In this document: one piece after another, positions 60,911 through 64,000 of the stretch | How positions within the stretch are numbered: the stretch's first letter is position 1 | Layout of the letters: each line of letters opens with the position of its first letter | Origin: Schizochytrium sp. TIO01 | Taxonomy: Eukaryota > Protista > Bigyra: Labyrinthulomycetes | Assembly (NCBI GenBank): GCA_004764695.1 | Contig: SMSO01000037.1 | Location: 2,766,747-2,830,746 of the forward strand | Length of the DNA: 64,000 bases | Reading direction: 5' to 3' | Translations under genes and position numbers: made by a program | Notes under the pieces: generated by a model | The model's input: only the letters and a program-made list of their open reading frames with translations | Databases searched by the model: none | Told to the model about the DNA's origin: nothing

Positions 60911-62139
60911 CTTGGCAGGGAGTTGTTATAGCTTGAAGCTAACTTTCTGATCCACAATGTTCCGATGTCCACAAACCAGCTTATTTCCGTAAGTCCACTG
61001 AGGCTTAAGACAAGTTCTTATCCTAGGCTTTCCAACGGGGTCCGTCCTCGATGGAGTTTTGGTTTTGCTGGCCTTCGTCCTTCTTCGCAACACCGCCCGT
61101 GCGCCTGCCTCCTTGTAAAACCTGTTCTTCCTTGTCTTCTCTTAGAAAAGGGTACGGCGGGTCCCATTTCTGCTTCCTTTTTATCTTTCTTTTTTTCCTA
61201 GTACTTATCTCAATCGTCTGCTTTTTAATTGTTCAATTAAAAAAAAATAATAATCGCCTTTCCTAAAATCCAAATGGTGAAAAGATATCTCCACTTCCTC
61301 TGAGATTGCCAGTGGCGATGCAAGAGAGAATATACTCGATGGATCTAGATGACTCAGCGGTATATCATCAGTTTGGACTTCAAGGCTAAACAAAGGCTCA
61401 GAGGTCATGTGAGCTAAACACCATTTCTCTAGAAACCAGAGGTACCCACTTCGAAAACTCGTGGCAATCTTTCCTCTCTCCCCTGCCTCTGAGACGACCA
61501 AACTTTTAAAAAGTTCATCTCCAAGATGCTCTTGCTCTTTGCAGCAAGCCCATTCGCTTTCCTCTGCAATTACTCTGGGCCCTTTCTTCAGTCCGCTTGC
61601 TCTCTCCTGCTCCCGACCAGCTCCAAGGCCTTGAACGAAGCACGGCGAGATCTTGAAGCTTCGCTCTTTCAGGTTTCCAAGCCCTCCAGGGGCCAGTCTG
61701 TTAGTTCTTCTTTGCCCATACACAGTCAAAGCTTGCATGCATTCTTCAAGTCGTCTATCTTCGTTGACCTTGAGATGCACAAGCTCCCTGGAAAGAGGAG
61801 CCTCGCACAGCCTGGCCATTTATTGATGCTGGCGCAGGTCTGCTCCACGGAATCGACGCCTGGTGCTCCTCAAGCCCGGGGTGCTGCGGAAGGCCGTCCA
61901 GAGCTCGCAGCACGGGCTCGGGTCCTCTTCTCCAAGACGGCAGCTCGCGCTCGATGTGCGCGAGAAGGTCTCCCCACCTCGCTGGGTCGGCGGCGTGCGC
62001 AGTCCGTCTCACGCCAAAATTGGCTCGCGCGGCGCGATCCAAAAGCAGCGAGAGAGCGATCTGAAAGCAAGCAAGCGAGAGATCCGCGCTTCCACCTGTT
62101 CTGCGTCTGCTCGTTGGGCCTCCCTGAAAGCCTGATTCA

Positions 62140-62281
62140 CTCAACTTCAACTTCAACTTCAACTTCAACTTCAACTTCGTATTCATTTTTGTATTCAACT
62201 CCAAATTCAAATTCAAATTCAAATTCAAATTCAAATTCAAATTCAAATTCAAATTCAAATTCAAATTCAAATTCAAATTCA
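62140..62281. repeat. Compound hexanucleotide repeat (TTCAAC)n + (TTCAAA)~13
   Basis: Read directly. The repeat is stop-free and inflates the overlapping ORFs. Confidence 0.9.
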
Positions 62282-64000
62282 GATTCGACCTCCTCTCCTC
62301 TTCTCCTTTGTTTTTCTTTTCGCCACGATGACACTTTTTTTCCCTTTCGAGTGATTGATTGCCTCCGTACCGTAGTATCGGATCGGAGCGCAAACCTGGA
62401 CTGATAACTGCGCCAACGGCGAAACTTTGAGACCTTAAGGCCGCAGAGAGCAAGGAAGCGATTGGGCGTGAACTCTCCATGCCGAGTAAGTCATTGCTTG
62501 CTTGCTTGCTTGCTCGCTTACTTCTGCTCGAACTCGACTTGAACTTTGGCTTTTGGGAACTCTGGCAGGACCGAGTCCCATCTTGGGACTTAGCAAACTT
62601 GAATCTCCACACTTTTCGTATGCGCCGTCTCTGATCAAGTTCAGACTTTGTTTCCCTTTTTTAAAAATTATTTTATTTGTAAAAGTTAAAAGAAAAAGGT
62701 TGTACCTCCGCAGCTGATTGCTATTTGTAAAGAGAGATTCTGATATTATATACATATATATATTATTTAATCTTTTTTTTAAATTAATGAAACGGTGGAA
62801 TGATTTATCATAGAAAGTAGGTAGGTAGACAGATCTGTTTCGTAGCCATGCTCGTTTTTGGATACGTTTTAGGCATCGTTTGTTTTTTTGCTTGACTGCT
62901 TATATCTTTAAGCGTTTTGGGGAGGGGAAAGGCCACCAATATCCTGCGTCTAATACTTATCCCTTTTTTAAAACAAAAAGTCAAGCGTTGTAAAAAACAG
63001 ATAATGTCGAAACAAGGCGTGGTTGGCCGTCATATGCCAGCTTGTGCCGCTATTTATGAGACTCTCCTGAGTTATAACAATCGCTGCATAGGCGGTCTCG
63101 AGCTCGGGGACCTTGGTATTTGGCTCGAGCTTTTGCTTCTACCGCCTCATTTAATGAACTTCAAATATGGAGGTTGCCAAGGAAGAAATAAGTACCCACT
63201 TTCAAGAAACAAAAAGAGCATTCTGCAAAGCTTTGTACCATTTGTACATATTTTAAAGCAAACTCATCATTAAATTTTAAAAGCGCACGGACGAATAAGT
63301 AGAGGTTCATGCTATCCTTAGATACTTTTGGCCTTTGGCCTTTGTCCTGACATTTTAGTCTTCCCAGTTCTGTGCGTTTCGAAGGGTTCTAACAGCAGCA
63401 GCAGCAGGAGTGTCATCAAACCTGGACGAAAATGCCGAGCACGCAATATAGGTAGAATGTAATTGCTTATAGCTACGACATCTTGTGGATCTGCGTGGAT
63501 TTCATGAATTTCTTGCAAAACGATAGTGAATTAAAATTCGCTCATGACAGCAGCAGCAACAACAACAACAACAAATGAAAGGTCTGACGTAGTGCCCCCT
63601 TGCCTGCTTTAGAAATCGAGGTTAAGATTTGTTGTAATGTACATCTTCTTGAGGACACTCTAATGGTTTAAGCACACACCAGAGTCATTCTTAAATTCAG
63701 GGCTTTGAGTATAATCTTGCCCCCCCCCCCCAGAATAAACAGCCTTGCGAAAAACGACAATCAACTACTTTCGGACTGCCCACCAGCCACTGGCAACGCC
63801 AAGCGGGTCCCTCTTCAACTGCCTGTGCCCACAGCGCCATTTATCTCTACTAGTAGCAATGTCTCCAACATGTCATGAGTTTCGTGCTTCTGGTACGCAC
63901 GACACGCGCTCAAGAGACAGTCAGACAGGCATCGAATATTTATTATTTGCACAAGATGAGATCGTTTTGAAAAGAAACCCCTTTCATTCAATTAAATAAA

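Noticed and set aside
61526-62612. 292-aa and 285-aa opposite-strand ORFs
   Set aside because: Inflated by GC-rich DNA and stop-free hexamer repeats; no recognisable protein.

Overview
Eukaryotic nuclear DNA with essentially intron-less, single-ORF genes and long microsatellite-rich spacers. Gene content (flagellar DRC2, tetraspanin, TMEM145/GPR180-like) and style suggest a flagellated protist, probably a thraustochytrid/labyrinthulid stramenopile; this is inference only. From left to right: a partial minus-strand gene at the edge, exosome subunit CSL4, a TMEM145/GPR180-like 7TM protein, and a DEDDh exonuclease that carries its own PAM2 motif. Next is a low-complexity gene split by a +1 frame change, followed by a ~17 kb gene desert. 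Then come a coiled-coil protein, a YccV/HspQ-domain protein, DRC2/CCDC65, a PDZ-like plus coiled-coil protein, an RCC1-SPRY-UBR-like protein, an atypical tetraspanin and an intron-containing tRNA-Thr(UGU). Last are two tandem paralogous TetA/MFSD14-like MFS genes 11.7 kb apart. The best candidate for something undescribed is this MFS pair: each has a ~230-aa, 12-cysteine extracytoplasmic domain between TM11 and TM12, altered proton-coupling motifs and a conserved VRPxDV C-terminus, which suggests a transporter-receptor hybrid. Other highlights are the PAM2-bearing Pan2/REX4-like nuclease, a perfect 24-nt palindrome in the tRNA intron, and recurrent T-tract to A-tract switch elements in the spacers. 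No database searches were possible; family calls rest on recognised motifs.
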